Assembly: GCA_964202905.1 (NCBI GenBank)
Contig: CAXNJO010000005.1
Coordinates: forward strand, 341,609 to 405,608
From: Polyangiales bacterium
Lineage (GTDB): Bacteria; Myxococcota_A; Polyangia; Polyangiales; JADJQN01
DNA length: 64,000 nt
Direction of reading: 5' to 3'
Shown: positions 51,073 through 61,204 of the stretch, in pieces
How positions within the stretch are numbered: position 1 is the first letter of the stretch
Layout: each line of letters starts with the position of its first letter
Program-made: the position numbers and the translations under genes
Notes under the pieces: model-generated
Databases searched by the model: none
Seen by the model: only the letters and a program-made list of their open reading frames with translations
What the model was told of the DNA's origin: nothing

Positions 51073-51137
51073 CTCTGAGTCCTCCCGAAGGGGTGCGTGC
51101 GATGCGGGGAGCGAGTGCGGCCCCGCGAGCCGCCGGG

Positions 51138-51165
51138 AACCTAACCAGCCGTCCCGGGCCGTCAA
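51138..51165 (-). promoter_or_regulatory. Sigma70-like promoter of dnaK
   Basis: TTGACG-16nt-TAGGTT. Confidence 0.5.
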
Positions 51166-51225
51166 GACCGGCGCGTGCAGGCCGTCACGCGGGGACGCGT
51201 GCGGCGCCCTGCCCCGGCAACGGGC

Positions 51226-52299
51226 TCACGCGCGGCCGATGGAGCCGTCCAGGATCCCCGCGCGGAGACGCTGCACATCCTTCGTGCGCGCGAGCACGAT
51301 CAGCGTGAGGCCCGCCGACAGGACGCTCGTCGGGGGCGGGTTGTGCACGATCTCCCCGCCCGGCTCGCGCACCGCGATGACGAGCACGTCGGCGGCCTTG
51401 CGGATCCCCGTGTCGCGCAGCGCGAGCCCGACGAGCGGCGAGCCTGCGGGCACCTCGACCTCCTCGATGCGGAGGTTCTTCGTGCGGTCGCGCAGCATCT
51501 GATCGAGGAACTGCGTCACCTGCGGGCGGATCATCTCGCTGACGAGCCGCATGCCGCCGATGTAGTTCGTGGACACGACGCTGTCGGCCCCGGCCCGGCG
51601 CATCTTCTCGACGGCGGTCGGCTCGATGGCCTTGGCGACGATGCGCGCACGTGGGTTGAGCGCGCGCACGGTGACGGTGACGAAGAGGTTGTCCTTGTCG
51701 TCGTGCAGCGCCGCGACGACGCCCCGGCAGCGCTCGATGCCGGCGTCGCGGAGGACCTCGTCGTCCGTCGCGTCGCCGAGCACCCAGTGCATGACCTTGT
51801 CGCCGTGCTCCTCTTGCAGGCGCACGAGGCGCTCCTCGTTCTGGTCGATCGCCACGAACGGCGTCTCGGTCGCGACGAGCTCGGCGACCACGTGGATGCC
51901 CGTGGTGCCGACGCCGCAGACGATCACGTGGTCCTTCATTCCCTCGACGCGCGTGCGCATGCGGTTCCTCCGGAGCGCGCCTCCGAGATCGCCCTCGACG
52001 ATGAGCGCCGTGAACGTGGAGACGAAATAGACGAGCGTGCCGCTGCCGAGCAGGATGAGACCGACCGTCCACGGGCGCGCGAGCGGCACGCTGTCGAAGC
52101 CCGCGAGCGTCTCGCCGTAGCCGACGGTCGAGAGCGTGATGACCGTCATGTAGAAGCAGTCGGACCACGTCCAGCGGCCTGTGCCCAGCTGGTGGTACCC
52201 CGTCGCGCCGAGCACGAGCACGAAGACGAGCACGCCCGCAGCCGTCAGCAGCCGCCGGATGAGGTCGCGGCGCGTCGAGTCGGAGAGATGCTCGGCCAA
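51226..52299 (-). CDS. Potassium channel protein with RCK (TrkA-N/TrkA-C) domains
   Basis: Selectivity filter TVGYGE; IVCGVGTTG; GDATDDEVL. Confidence 0.92.
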   Translation of the reverse strand: MAEHLSDSTRRDLIRRLLTAAGVLVFVLVLGATGYHQLGTGRWTWSDCFYMTVITLSTVGYGETLAGFDSVPLARPWTVGLILLGSGTLVYFVSTFTALIVEGDLGGALRRNRMRTRVEGMKDHVIVCGVGTTGIHVVAELVATETPFVAIDQNEERLVRLQEEHGDKVMHWVLGDATDDEVLRDAGIERCRGVVAALHDDKDNLFVTVTVRALNPRARIVAKAIEPTAVEKMRRAGADSVVSTNYIGGMRLVSEMIRPQVTQFLDQMLRDRTKNLRIEEVEVPAGSPLVGLALRDTGIRKAADVLVIAVREPGGEIVHNPPPTSVLSAGLTLIVLARTKDVQRLRAGILDGSIGRA

Positions 52300-52376
52300 G
52301 GTGCGGGAATCTCGGGCTGCGGCGCGCCGCTTGTCAACTTGACCGTCGCGGGGGCGGGGCGCAGAACCGCGCGCCT

Positions 52377-53975
52377 GTGTCGAATGACGAGGCGGCAGCG
52401 GAGGCGCGCACCGGCGAGGCGACCGCGGAAGCCCGCAACGCGGGCCGCGGGCTCGTCTCGATCGCGGGCGCGAAGCTCTGGTTCATCGTGACCGGCTACG
52501 CGGTGCAGCTCGTGCTGCCGCGCCTGCTCGGCTCACCGGAGGCGTTCGGCTTCTACTCGACGGCGATGACGGATGTCTCGATCGTCAACAACGTCCTCAT
52601 CGCGGCCACCGTGCAGACGGTCAGCAAGAAGGTCAGCGAAGACGAGGGTCGCGCCGGGCTCGCGTTGCGTCAGGGGCTGCTGTTGCAGGCGATGTGGGGC
52701 GGCGCGCTCGGGATCGCGCTCTTCCTGCTCGCGCCCTTCATCGCCGGTTCGGTGAAGCTCAACCCCGCGCAGGCGCCGCTCTATCGGACGGCCGCGCTCG
52801 TCGTCGTCGCGTATGCGCTCTACGCGGCGATCGTCGGCGCGCTCAACGGGCGGCACCGCTTCGCGACGCAGGCGCGGCTCGACATGGCCTTCTCGACGCT
52901 GCGGAGCGGGCTGATCCTCGGCGCGGCGGCGCTCGGCTTCGGTGCGCTCGGCGCGTTCTCGGGCTTCGCGGCCGCGGCCGTCGTGATCTTCGTGATCGCG
53001 CTCGCGGCGAGCCGCGGCGTCGGCGGGGTGCTCGCGCCCGGCTCGGGCGGGCAGGGGCTGCACTCGCCGTGGCGCACCTGGTTCGCGTTCATGGCGCCGC
53101 TCTGGCTCTATCAGGCATGTCTCAACGGGATCTTGCAGGTCGACGTCTCGATCCTCTCGCGCACCGCGATCGAGGCGAGCCTCGCGACGGGCACGGCGGC
53201 GGCCGAGGCGTCGCGCGTCGGCGACCGGCTCGGGGGCTTCTACCGCGCCGCGCAGACCTTCGCGTTCGTCCCGTACCAGCTGATCCTCTCGGTCACGTTC
53301 GTCGTCTTCCCGCTGGTCGCGAAGGCGACGAGCGGCGGGGACCGCGAGGCCGCCCGCGCGACGATCCGCCGCGCGCTCCGCTTCTCGCTGCTCGTGCTGC
53401 TCGCGTTCGCCGCCCCGATGGCGGGCGCCGCGGAGGGCGTGATCCGGCTCGCCTACACCGCCGAGTACCTGCCCGCGGCCGCCGCGCTGCGGGTGCTGGT
53501 GATCGGGCTGGTGCCGTTCGCGCTCTTCGTGATCGCGGCGACGGCCGTGAGCGGCGCGGGCAGGCCGCTCGTGTCCGCCGTCATCGCGGGCGGCGCGCTC
53601 GCGGTGCTCGTCGTCGCGGTGCGCACGCTGATCGGGCTGAGCGGCGCGGGCGAAGGCGCGCTCGTCGCGGCGGCCGCGGGGACGTCGATCGGCGCGGCCC
53701 TCGCGTTGATCGCCATCGGCGCCGTGTCGATGCGGCTCTTCGGCGCGTTCATCCCGCCGGCGTCCGTGCTGCGCGGGCTGCTCGCTGCGGCCGTGGGCGC
53801 AGGCGTCGCGTTCGCCGTCCCGCACGGCGCGAGGCTCCCGGCGCTCGGCGCGCTCGCCGCGGGCTTCGCCGCGTACGGGATCGCGCTCGTGGTGCTGCGC
53901 GAGCTGTCGACCGACGAGCTCCGCGCCGTGCGCGACGCGGTGCTGCGCCGCCGGCGCGCGCGCGCCGTGCGCTGA
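52377..53975 (+). CDS. MOP-superfamily oligosaccharide flippase (Wzx/MurJ-like)
   Basis: About 14 TM segments; PRLLG.EAFG.Y, G.YRAAQ, FPLV motifs. Confidence 0.75.
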   Translation: MSNDEAAAEARTGEATAEARNAGRGLVSIAGAKLWFIVTGYAVQLVLPRLLGSPEAFGFYSTAMTDVSIVNNVLIAATVQTVSKKVSEDEGRAGLALRQGLLLQAMWGGALGIALFLLAPFIAGSVKLNPAQAPLYRTAALVVVAYALYAAIVGALNGRHRFATQARLDMAFSTLRSGLILGAAALGFGALGAFSGFAAAAVVIFVIALAASRGVGGVLAPGSGGQGLHSPWRTWFAFMAPLWLYQACLNGILQVDVSILSRTAIEASLATGTAAAEASRVGDRLGGFYRAAQTFAFVPYQLILSVTFVVFPLVAKATSGGDREAARATIRRALRFSLLVLLAFAAPMAGAAEGVIRLAYTAEYLPAAAALRVLVIGLVPFALFVIAATAVSGAGRPLVSAVIAGGALAVLVVAVRTLIGLSGAGEGALVAAAAGTSIGAALALIAIGAVSMRLFGAFIPPASVLRGLLAAAVGAGVAFAVPHGARLPALGALAAGFAAYGIALVVLRELSTDELRAVRDAVLRRRRARAVR

Positions 53976-54043
53976 CGCATCCGCGGCAGGAACGCCACGC
54001 AGCGTGGACGTTCTGCCGCGGCGGATCGTCCCGGAGGCGCGTG

Positions 54044-54472
54044 TCAGGCGGCGCGCGGGAGGGGCGCGCCCGGGAGCCGCGCAGCCGCGTCGCGGAGCTC
54101 GTCCGCGAGGCGCGCGTCACGCACGAGGTCCGCACCGGCGACGCCGAGCGCGCCGACGAGGCGCCCTTCGACGTACACCGGCACCCCGCCGGGCCCGACG
54201 TCGTTGACGGGCGCGCGGCCGAGCAACGAGGCCCCCCGCACGCGGGCCGCGACCTCCGCCGTCGAGAAGCCGAGGCTCGCCGCCGTGCGGGCCCGACGCG
54301 TGGCCGCGTCGAGCGCCACCGCGTCGTCGTCGCCGAGCACGGAGACAATCGTCCCCACCCGGTCGACGAGCACGAGGGCCGCCTGCTCGCCCCGTCCGTG
54401 CGCGCGCGCGACGAGCGCGTCCGCGCTGGCGCGGAGGGCGTCGAAGACCTGGGTGTCGGCGTGGGCGTGCAT
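54044..54472 (-). CDS. GlcG/HbpS heme-binding family protein
   Basis: ARTAA and GGVPVYVEGRLVGALGVAG motifs; GAGGAG RBS. Confidence 0.75.
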   Translation of the reverse strand: MHAHADTQVFDALRASADALVARAHGRGEQAALVLVDRVGTIVSVLGDDDAVALDAATRRARTAASLGFSTAEVAARVRGASLLGRAPVNDVGPGGVPVYVEGRLVGALGVAGADLVRDARLADELRDAAARLPGAPLPRAA

Positions 54473-54675
54473 GGCGGCTCCTCTCGTGTCGGGCTCGATA
54501 CAGGACCGGAGCGGTCCGGCGTGGCTGCACCAAGCAGCCCGCATGCCATCGACGCACGACGCGCGGATTTGTTCCTTGCCTCGCGCACGGGGCGCGAAAA
54601 AAGTCGCGACGGCGCGCAAGCCGCGCAGGCCGAGGGACGGCCGCGCGCAAGAAACGACGCGCGACGGGACGGCGC

Positions 54676-55182
54676 TCAGCGTCGCCAGACGCCGCTGCGG
54701 CCGCCGCGCTTCTCGTCGAGGCCGAGGTGCGCGATGGTCATCCCGCGGTCGATCGCCTTCACCATGTCGTACACGGTGAGCGCGGCGAGGCTCGCGGCGA
54801 CGAGCGCCTCCATCTCGACGCCCGTGCGATCCCGCGCGCGCACCGTCGCCTCGACGCGCAGCGAGGCGCCGTCCTCACCGGGCGAGAACGACACCTCGAC
54901 ACCCGTGAGCGCGATCGCGTGACAAAGCGGCACGAGCTCCGGCGTGCGCTTGGCCGCCTGGATGCCCGCGATCCGGGCGACCGCGAGGACGTCGCCCTTC
55001 GGCGTGGTGCCGTCGAGGATCGCGCGCAGCGTCGCGGGCTGCATGCGCAGGATCGCGCCCGCGCGGGCGGTGCGCGCGGTCACGCGCTTGTCGGCGACGT
55101 CGACCATGCGGGCCCGGCCCGCGGCGTCGAGGTGGGTGAGCGTGGGCGGCGCGGCGGGGCGACGCGGGCGACGGGGCGTCAT
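54676..55182 (-). CDS. moaC: Cyclic pyranopterin monophosphate synthase MoaC
   Basis: [32 protein letters not shown]. Confidence 0.96.
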   Translation of the reverse strand: MTPRRPRRPAAPPTLTHLDAAGRARMVDVADKRVTARTARAGAILRMQPATLRAILDGTTPKGDVLAVARIAGIQAAKRTPELVPLCHAIALTGVEVSFSPGEDGASLRVEATVRARDRTGVEMEALVAASLAALTVYDMVKAIDRGMTIAHLGLDEKRGGRSGVWRR

Positions 55183-55193
55183 CGCGCGCGAGG

Positions 55194-55838
55194 CTAGCAG
55201 CCCGGCGCGCCCTCGGTCCCCGCGGCGCCCGGCCCGCGACGCGGCGGCGTTGCGCGGCGCGCAGAAGGCTGCGCGGTGCCGGCGAGCCGCGCGACGAGCT
55301 CGACGCGCGAGTGCACGCCGAGCTTCGGGTAGATGCGCTTCAGGTAGGTGTGGATCGTGGCGATCGTGAGGCCCGTGCGCGCGGCGATCTCGCGCGTCGC
55401 GCGGCCCGCGACGAGCAGCGCGACCACCTCGCGCTCGCGGCGGCTGAGCGACGTCCGCGCGAGCGCCGCGTGCACGCCGTCCGACGCGCCGCGCGCGGGC
55501 ACGGCGGCGAAGCGCTCCGCGTAGCCGAGGTACCGCGCGAGGGTGCGGGCGCCCCAGCGCGCGACGCGCAGGTCCTCGGCCGGGAAGCGCTGATCGGGGG
55601 AGGACGGGTGGAGACGGAGCACGCCGAGCACGCGTCGCCCGCTGCGCAACGGCATCGACACCACACCATCTCCTGAGATGGCGTCATCGGGCGCGCCCGC
55701 GAGGCCGGTGAGCACGAGCTCGAAGCGCTCGGCCCGCGCGATCCGCGCGACGGCCGCGGCGCCGCGCTGCGGATACGTGCCCACCGGATCGAGCTGCGTG
55801 AGCGTGTCGACACACGCGAGAAACTGGCTCGGAACCAT
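55194..55838 (-). CDS. LuxR-family HTH regulator with GAF-like remnant
   Basis: LSRREREV..L...G...EIA...[18 protein letters not shown]. Confidence 0.85.
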   Translation of the reverse strand: MVPSQFLACVDTLTQLDPVGTYPQRGAAAVARIARAERFELVLTGLAGAPDDAISGDGVVSMPLRSGRRVLGVLRLHPSSPDQRFPAEDLRVARWGARTLARYLGYAERFAAVPARGASDGVHAALARTSLSRREREVVALLVAGRATREIAARTGLTIATIHTYLKRIYPKLGVHSRVELVARLAGTAQPSARRATPPRRGPGAAGTEGAPGC

Positions 55839-56007
55839 GGCACCCACGGCGTGCGGACATGGGCGGGCGAATCCCCACCACGCGCCGCGCGCCCCCCTCT
55901 GCGTCGAATCCCACCCGTTCCCGGCGCGCAAGTCAACCGCGAGACGCACGGGCTCCATCGGGCGGGCGACGCCCACGTGCTAGCGTCGCGCCGCTCTCAC
56001 GGACCCG

Positions 56008-58800
56008 ATGCCCACGCTCGATCCACGCACGACGCGCGCACTGCTCGGGGGGCTCGGCGCGCTCACGGTCGCGGCCGTCTTCTCGGCCGTCGTCGCCCCG
56101 ACGACGCCCGTCGGTGCCGTCTGCCTCGCGGCCCTGATCTGCAGCCTCGGCGCGATCGCTGGCCTCGGCTGGCCGGCGCTCCGCGAAGCGTCCGCGACGC
56201 CCTGGGGACGGCGCGCCGGGGACGCGCTCGCGCTCGGGCTCGTGACGCTCGTGACGTGGAAGATCTTCGCCGCCTCCGTCCTCGACGGACGCGCGGGCTG
56301 GCCCGCCGACTTCGGTCCGCACCACGCGAACGCTGCCGTGCTCGCCGATGCGCTCGCCGCGCAGGGTCGCATCCCGCGCTTCACGCACCTCGTCGGGACG
56401 GGCGACGCCCCGTTCGAGCTGTACCCCCTCGCGACCTACCTGCTCACGGCGCTGACGACGCTCGCCTTCCACGCGCGCGACCACGTCGACGACGTCATCG
56501 CGGCGCTCGGCCTGCTCGCGCACCTCGCGGTCGGCCTCGCGATCACGCGCCTCGCGCTGCGCATGGCGCCCTGGCCGCTCGCCGCGCTCGCCGGGATCGC
56601 GTGGGTGACCGACGGCGGCAGCGTGTTCTCGGGCGGCGCGCTCGCGCTGCTGCGCTTCGGGATGTCGCACCAGCTCACGGCGCAGGCCTTCGCGCTCTGG
56701 GCGCTCGCGATCGGCGCGGGGACGATCGCGCAGCGCTCGCTCACGCGCAGCGTGGCGGTGTGGGTGCTCGCCGCGCTCGGGAGCGCGACGCATCCGCTCG
56801 GCCTCGCGACGGTGCTCGGTACGGCCGCGGGTCTCGTCGTCGCCGCGGCCCTCGCGCGGGACGCGAAGCCCGTGCGGCTCCTCGCGCTCGCCCGCGATCT
56901 CGGGCTCGGCGCCGCGCTCGCGGCCGCGCAGTGGGCGGCCTACTCGGCGCGCGTCACCGCGCACGGCGTGCACTACGGAAACGCCGTCGTCCCCGGCTGG
57001 GAGTTCGCCGACCAGCTCCTCGACGCGGCCGTCCCGCTCGAGTCCTTCCCGCTCGTCACCGCCGCGCTCCTCGCGGGCGGCGCCGCGGGCCTCGTCTCGC
57101 GACGCTGGCTGCCGACGGTGCTCGCCGCGGGCGCGGTCGTGCTCTTCCTCCCCTACACGGACTGGGCCTTCCTCGTCCCGGGCCTCGCGCCCTCGCGCTG
57201 GACCGCGCGCTGGCCCGCGTGGCGCGCCGCAGGCCTCGCGAAGCCCCTGCTCTGCGCGGCCTCGGCCTACGCGCTCGCGCTCCTCGCGCACGCGCCGCGC
57301 CTCACGCGCGCCGCGTCGTGGTCGGCGCCGCAGCGCGCGGTGCTCGGCGCCGGGCTCGCCCTGCTCACGCTCATCGGCCTGCGCGGGCTCACGCCGCTCG
57401 CGCGCGATCACGCGCGGATGCTCGACGATCAGGCGATCTCCGAGGAGCTCCAGGATCGCGGCGGCTGGCATCAACTCGTCGCGTGGGCGAAGGCGACGGC
57501 CCCACGCGCGCGGAACCCCGAGCGCTTCGGGCGGCTGCTCTTCCTCACGGGCGGCGAGCGGCAGTTCCCGATCTATCACCTCGTCGCCGAGGCGCGCTTC
57601 CCGACGACGACCGTCGGCATCGTGCCCGGCGTGCTCACGCGCGAGCGCATGGACGGGACGACGGCGGCCGATCTGCGCCGCTGGAACATCCGCTGGGTCG
57701 CGACGCAGGGCGAGCCGCTCGCGCTCGGCGACCCGGCGACGGAGAGGCGTTTCGGCGCCTACACGGTGCGCGAGCTCGCGACGTGGGACGGGAAGGTCGC
57801 GCGCGTCGAAGAGGGCGCGGGCCGCGTCGTCACGAAGCGCTTCGACGGCGAGCGCATCGAGCTCGAGGTGAGCGGCGCCGAGGCCGAGACGCTCGTCGTG
57901 CTCGGCGTGCCCTGGTATCCGCGTTGGCGCGCGACGCAGGGCGGTCGGCCGCTGCCGGTGTACGGCGTGATGGCGCGCGCCCGCGGCGTCTCGCGCGTGC
58001 TCGCGCTGCGCCCCCGCGACGGCCGCGTCGTGCTCACCTGCGACGGCCCGCTGCCCTCGGACGGACGCGGCCTCGGCCTCTCGCTCCTCGCGCTCGCCGC
58101 GGCGCTCGGCCTCGTCGCGCTCGCCCGCGTCCCACGCCTCGCGGCCCACGCGCGCGCGGCGGCGGCCCACGCCCGCGACGTGCTCCGCCCGCTCGTCGGG
58201 CCCTCGGCGCTCGCGCTCGGCGTGCTCGCCGCGCTCGGCCTCGCGGCGCGCACCGCGCGCGATCTCGGGGCCGAGGCGATGTCCGTGCACCCGACGACGC
58301 GGCTCGCCCCCGACGCGCGCGTCGAGGTCCGCGAGGGCACCGGCGACTACCGTCCGTGCCCGTACGCGCCGCTCTCGGGTACCTTCGAGTGTGGAAAGTA
58401 CGGCCGTGTGTACGGAAGCATGCCCCAGCTCCTCGTGGACGGGACCGCGTCGTGGCCCTTCTCCGTCCCCGCGACGACGGTCAAGCCCTTCAAGGACGGC
58501 GTGAGCTTCCGCGTCACGATGCTGCGCCGCACGCGCGGGACCTTCGTCTCGGCGGCCTGGGGGCGCGGCGCGCGCACGACCCTGCAGATCGACGACGGCC
58601 CCGTGGAGCGCGTCGCCGCAGGCCAGCGCCTCTTCGAGCTCGGCCCGACGCCCGCGCTGCGGCGCTTCGTCGTCGAGATCGAGCCGCACACCGTGACGAC
58701 GAGCTTCGGCTTCGTGCGCGAAGAGTCGCTCGACCTCGACCGCGAATCGGACGTGCCAGCGCCCCCCGTTTCGCGTACCCCTGCCCCTTCCGAGGAGTGA
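56008..58800 (+). CDS. Polytopic membrane protein, GT-C/YfhO-like glycosyltransferase candidate
   Basis: Many TM helices; periplasmic D..PH and YP motifs near the N-terminus; YfhO-like WYPRWRA. Confidence 0.6.
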   Translation: MPTLDPRTTRALLGGLGALTVAAVFSAVVAPTTPVGAVCLAALICSLGAIAGLGWPALREASATPWGRRAGDALALGLVTLVTWKIFAASVLDGRAGWPADFGPHHANAAVLADALAAQGRIPRFTHLVGTGDAPFELYPLATYLLTALTTLAFHARDHVDDVIAALGLLAHLAVGLAITRLALRMAPWPLAALAGIAWVTDGGSVFSGGALALLRFGMSHQLTAQAFALWALAIGAGTIAQRSLTRSVAVWVLAALGSATHPLGLATVLGTAAGLVVAAALARDAKPVRLLALARDLGLGAALAAAQWAAYSARVTAHGVHYGNAVVPGWEFADQLLDAAVPLESFPLVTAALLAGGAAGLVSRRWLPTVLAAGAVVLFLPYTDWAFLVPGLAPSRWTARWPAWRAAGLAKPLLCAASAYALALLAHAPRLTRAASWSAPQRAVLGAGLALLTLIGLRGLTPLARDHARMLDDQAISEELQDRGGWHQLVAWAKATAPRARNPERFGRLLFLTGGERQFPIYHLVAEARFPTTTVGIVPGVLTRERMDGTTAADLRRWNIRWVATQGEPLALGDPATERRFGAYTVRELATWDGKVARVEEGAGRVVTKRFDGERIELEVSGAEAETLVVLGVPWYPRWRATQGGRPLPVYGVMARARGVSRVLALRPRDGRVVLTCDGPLPSDGRGLGLSLLALAAALGLVALARVPRLAAHARAAAAHARDVLRPLVGPSALALGVLAALGLAARTARDLGAEAMSVHPTTRLAPDARVEVREGTGDYRPCPYAPLSGTFECGKYGRVYGSMPQLLVDGTASWPFSVPATTVKPFKDGVSFRVTMLRRTRGTFVSAAWGRGARTTLQIDDGPVERVAAGQRLFELGPTPALRRFVVEIEPHTVTTSFGFVREESLDLDRESDVPAPPVSRTPAPSEE

Positions 58801-58804
58801 ACCC

Positions 58805-59632
58805 ATGGCTGCCGAGTGGCCCGTCGACCCGCGCGATTTCGAGACCTATTACGCCTTTGCGCCCGCGGCGCTCGCGCTGCGCGAGTGCGCGCGCCTCGCC
58901 GCCGTCCGCGAGCTCGACCTGCCCGAGCCCATCCTCGACGTGGGCTGCGGTGACGGAGTCTTCGCGCGGCTCGCGTACCCGACGCGCCAGATCTGGGGCA
59001 TCGACATCAACCCCATGGAGGTCAGCCGCGCGCAGGCGACGGACTCCTACAAGACGCTGATCTGCGGGAGCATCTGCGACGTCGACCTGCCGCAGGGCTA
59101 TTTCCAGAGCGCGATTGCGAATTGCAGCCTCGAGCACGTCCCCGACATCCACGGCGCGCTCGCGAACATCCGCGGCTCGCTCGCCGACGACGCGCTCTTC
59201 GTGCTGATCGTGCCGACGCCCGACTGGACGCGGCACCTCGCCATCGCGCAGCTGCTCGAGAAGCTCGGGCTCGGCCCGCTCGCGCGCTCGTACGGCGCCG
59301 CGCTCGATCGCGTCTTCTTCCACGTGCACCTCGTCGACGACGCGCAGTGGACGCAGTACCTCGAGCGCGCGGGCTTCGAGGTGCAGGAGGTGCGGCGCAT
59401 CGTCTCGCCCGCCGTCGCATGGGCCTTCGACGCGATGCTCTACCCGAGCACGCTCGGCTGGGCCGTGAAGAAGCTGACCGGCCGCTGGGTGCTCGCGCCC
59501 GCGCTCCGCGGGCTCACTGCGGGCCTCGCGCGGCGCGCGCTCACGGCCGTCGGCGACCTCGCGCCCGGCAACGCAGAAGACCGCCCCGGCGAGTACGTGT
59601 TCCTCGCCCGCGCCCGCCGCGCGCAGCCCTGA
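58805..59632 (+). CDS. Class I SAM-dependent methyltransferase
   Basis: ILDVGCGDG; NCSLEHVPD. Confidence 0.88.
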   Translation: MAAEWPVDPRDFETYYAFAPAALALRECARLAAVRELDLPEPILDVGCGDGVFARLAYPTRQIWGIDINPMEVSRAQATDSYKTLICGSICDVDLPQGYFQSAIANCSLEHVPDIHGALANIRGSLADDALFVLIVPTPDWTRHLAIAQLLEKLGLGPLARSYGAALDRVFFHVHLVDDAQWTQYLERAGFEVQEVRRIVSPAVAWAFDAMLYPSTLGWAVKKLTGRWVLAPALRGLTAGLARRALTAVGDLAPGNAEDRPGEYVFLARARRAQP

Positions 59633-59663
59633 GCGCCTCCGCGCGACGCCCCCCGAGCGCCCC

Positions 59664-60312
59664 GTGACCGAAGCCCCCTATTTCGAAAACCACCGCCGCC
59701 GCGACCGCTTCCCGTGGTCGCTCTACCACGGCGATCTCGCCCGCCGCCTCGCGCGCGCCGTGTCCGAGCGCGGCCCCGCGCCGCGCGTGCTCGTCGTCGG
59801 CTGCGGCCTCGAGCCCGAGATCGCGGGCGCCCCGCCCGGCACGCGCTTTCACGGCTGCGACCTCGACGCGCGCGCCGTCGCGGAATGCGCGCGCCTGCAC
59901 CCGCACCTCGCAGAGCGCCTCGCCGTGTGCCCCTCACCGCTCGCATTGCCGCACGAAGGCGCCTTCGCCGAACCCTTCGACGTCGTGCTCGCGAAGGAGG
60001 TCGTCGAGCACCTCGACGAACCGGCACCCGTGGGCGCGCCTCCTCGCCTCGCGCGTGCGCGTCGGCGGCGCGCTCGTGCTGACGACGCCCAACTATTCGC
60101 GCCTCTCGACGCTGCCGCTGCTCGAGGCGACGGTGCTCGAGTGGGTCGCGCGCCGGGACGGCTACTCCCGCGCGCACATCCACCCTTCGAAGTTCTCGAC
60201 ACGCACGCTCGCCCGCCTCGACGTCGGCCCCGGCATGCGCCTCGCGCGCATCGAGGTCGCCTGGACGGGCTGGACGCTGCTCGGCGTCTGGGAGCGCGTC
60301 GCGCCGGGCTGA
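59664..60312 (+). CDS. Class I SAM-dependent methyltransferase; frameshift ~60030
   Basis: VLVVGCG and FDVV..EVVEHL, continuing as GGALVLTTPN in ORF 60055..60312. Confidence 0.8.
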
Positions 60313-60349
60313 GAATCCCATTCTCGATACCCATACTGGAGCGGGGTAT
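60311..60349. terminator. AT-rich hairpins between convergent genes
   Basis: GAGAAT-CCC-ATTCTC and ATACCC...GGGTAT. Confidence 0.4.
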
Positions 60350-60395
60350 TCCCTCTCAGAAACACCGTGTTTGGGCGGCTTCGGATTCCCTGCGA

Positions 60396-60788
60396 TCAAG
60401 GCATGATCGTGCGGATCGCGCGGCGGCCGAAGATGCGATAGCGCGTGAAATCGCGACGATCGATCGTCACCACCGTCGCCGGGTCGTGCAGCTCCGCGAG
60501 CATCACCACGCACGCATCGGCGAAGTCCATCGGTTGATATTTCGTGAGCAACGCCGCGATGCGCGCGCGGTGCGTCTCGGCCTCGAGCCCGACCACGAGC
60601 TCGCCCACGCGCCACGCCTCGCGCAGCGCCTCGGAGCTGCCGAGGAAGTGCGACGCCTCGGTGAGCACGGCCTCGCACACGATCCACGGCGCAGGCAGCG
60701 GCGTGAGCGTGCGGACGGCCCAGTCGTGCAGCGGATCGCTGCGATCGAGCAGCGCGACGAGCGGCCCCGTGTCGACGATGAACTTCAT
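60396..60788 (-). CDS. vapC: PIN-domain (VapC-like) toxin
   Basis: IVDTGPLVA, VLTEA, MDFADA, TIDRRDF. Confidence 0.9.
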   Translation of the reverse strand: MKFIVDTGPLVALLDRSDPLHDWAVRTLTPLPAPWIVCEAVLTEASHFLGSSEALREAWRVGELVVGLEAETHRARIAALLTKYQPMDFADACVVMLAELHDPATVVTIDRRDFTRYRIFGRRAIRTIMP

Positions 60789-61030
60789 CGCCTCGCGCGG
60801 CGCGCGCGCAGCTGCGCCCGCACGTTTTCGTTGGTGGCCGACTGACCTTCTCCCCGCACGGAGCCCGCGGCGCGCAGCAGCGTCGTCGCGCGCGGCGCCT
60901 GCGTCTCCGCGACGTGCCGTGAGAGCGCCTCCCGCACGACGGCGCTCACCGGCTGATTCGTCTGCCGGGCGAGGACGGCGATCTCCTCGGCAAGCGTCAG
61001 GTCGATCCGAACCGTTAGCGTGTACGACAT
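60785..61030 (-). CDS. Ribbon-helix-helix antitoxin (VapB-like)
   Basis: TLTVRID...SAVVREAL RHH pattern; ATGA overlap with the PIN gene. Confidence 0.82.
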   Translation of the reverse strand: MSYTLTVRIDLTLAEEIAVLARQTNQPVSAVVREALSRHVAETQAPRATTLLRAAGSVRGEGQSATNENVRAQLRARRARR

Positions 61031-61051
61031 TCCGTGACGGTGCGTCATACA
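61021..61051. promoter_or_regulatory. Inverted-repeat operator of the TA operon
   Basis: TGTACGAC...GTCATACA outer repeat and TGACG-GTG-CGTCA inner repeat at the antitoxin start. Confidence 0.55.
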
Positions 61052-61204
61052 CATCGTTCTCGCAAGCAGGAAGTTCGCATCCGATGCGCAGCAGCGCCGG
61101 GTCAGGCCCGCAGACCCCGCCCGCACCGTTCGGGCGTTGCCTCGCGGGGGCGATGCTGTAGCCTCGTCGCCCCGCGCCGCGAAGGGCCGGGACGGAGGCT
61201 CGTC

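Noticed and set aside
51073..51225. CIRCE element upstream of dnaK
   Set aside because: No TTAGCACTC-N9-GAGTGCTAA-like inverted repeat seen.
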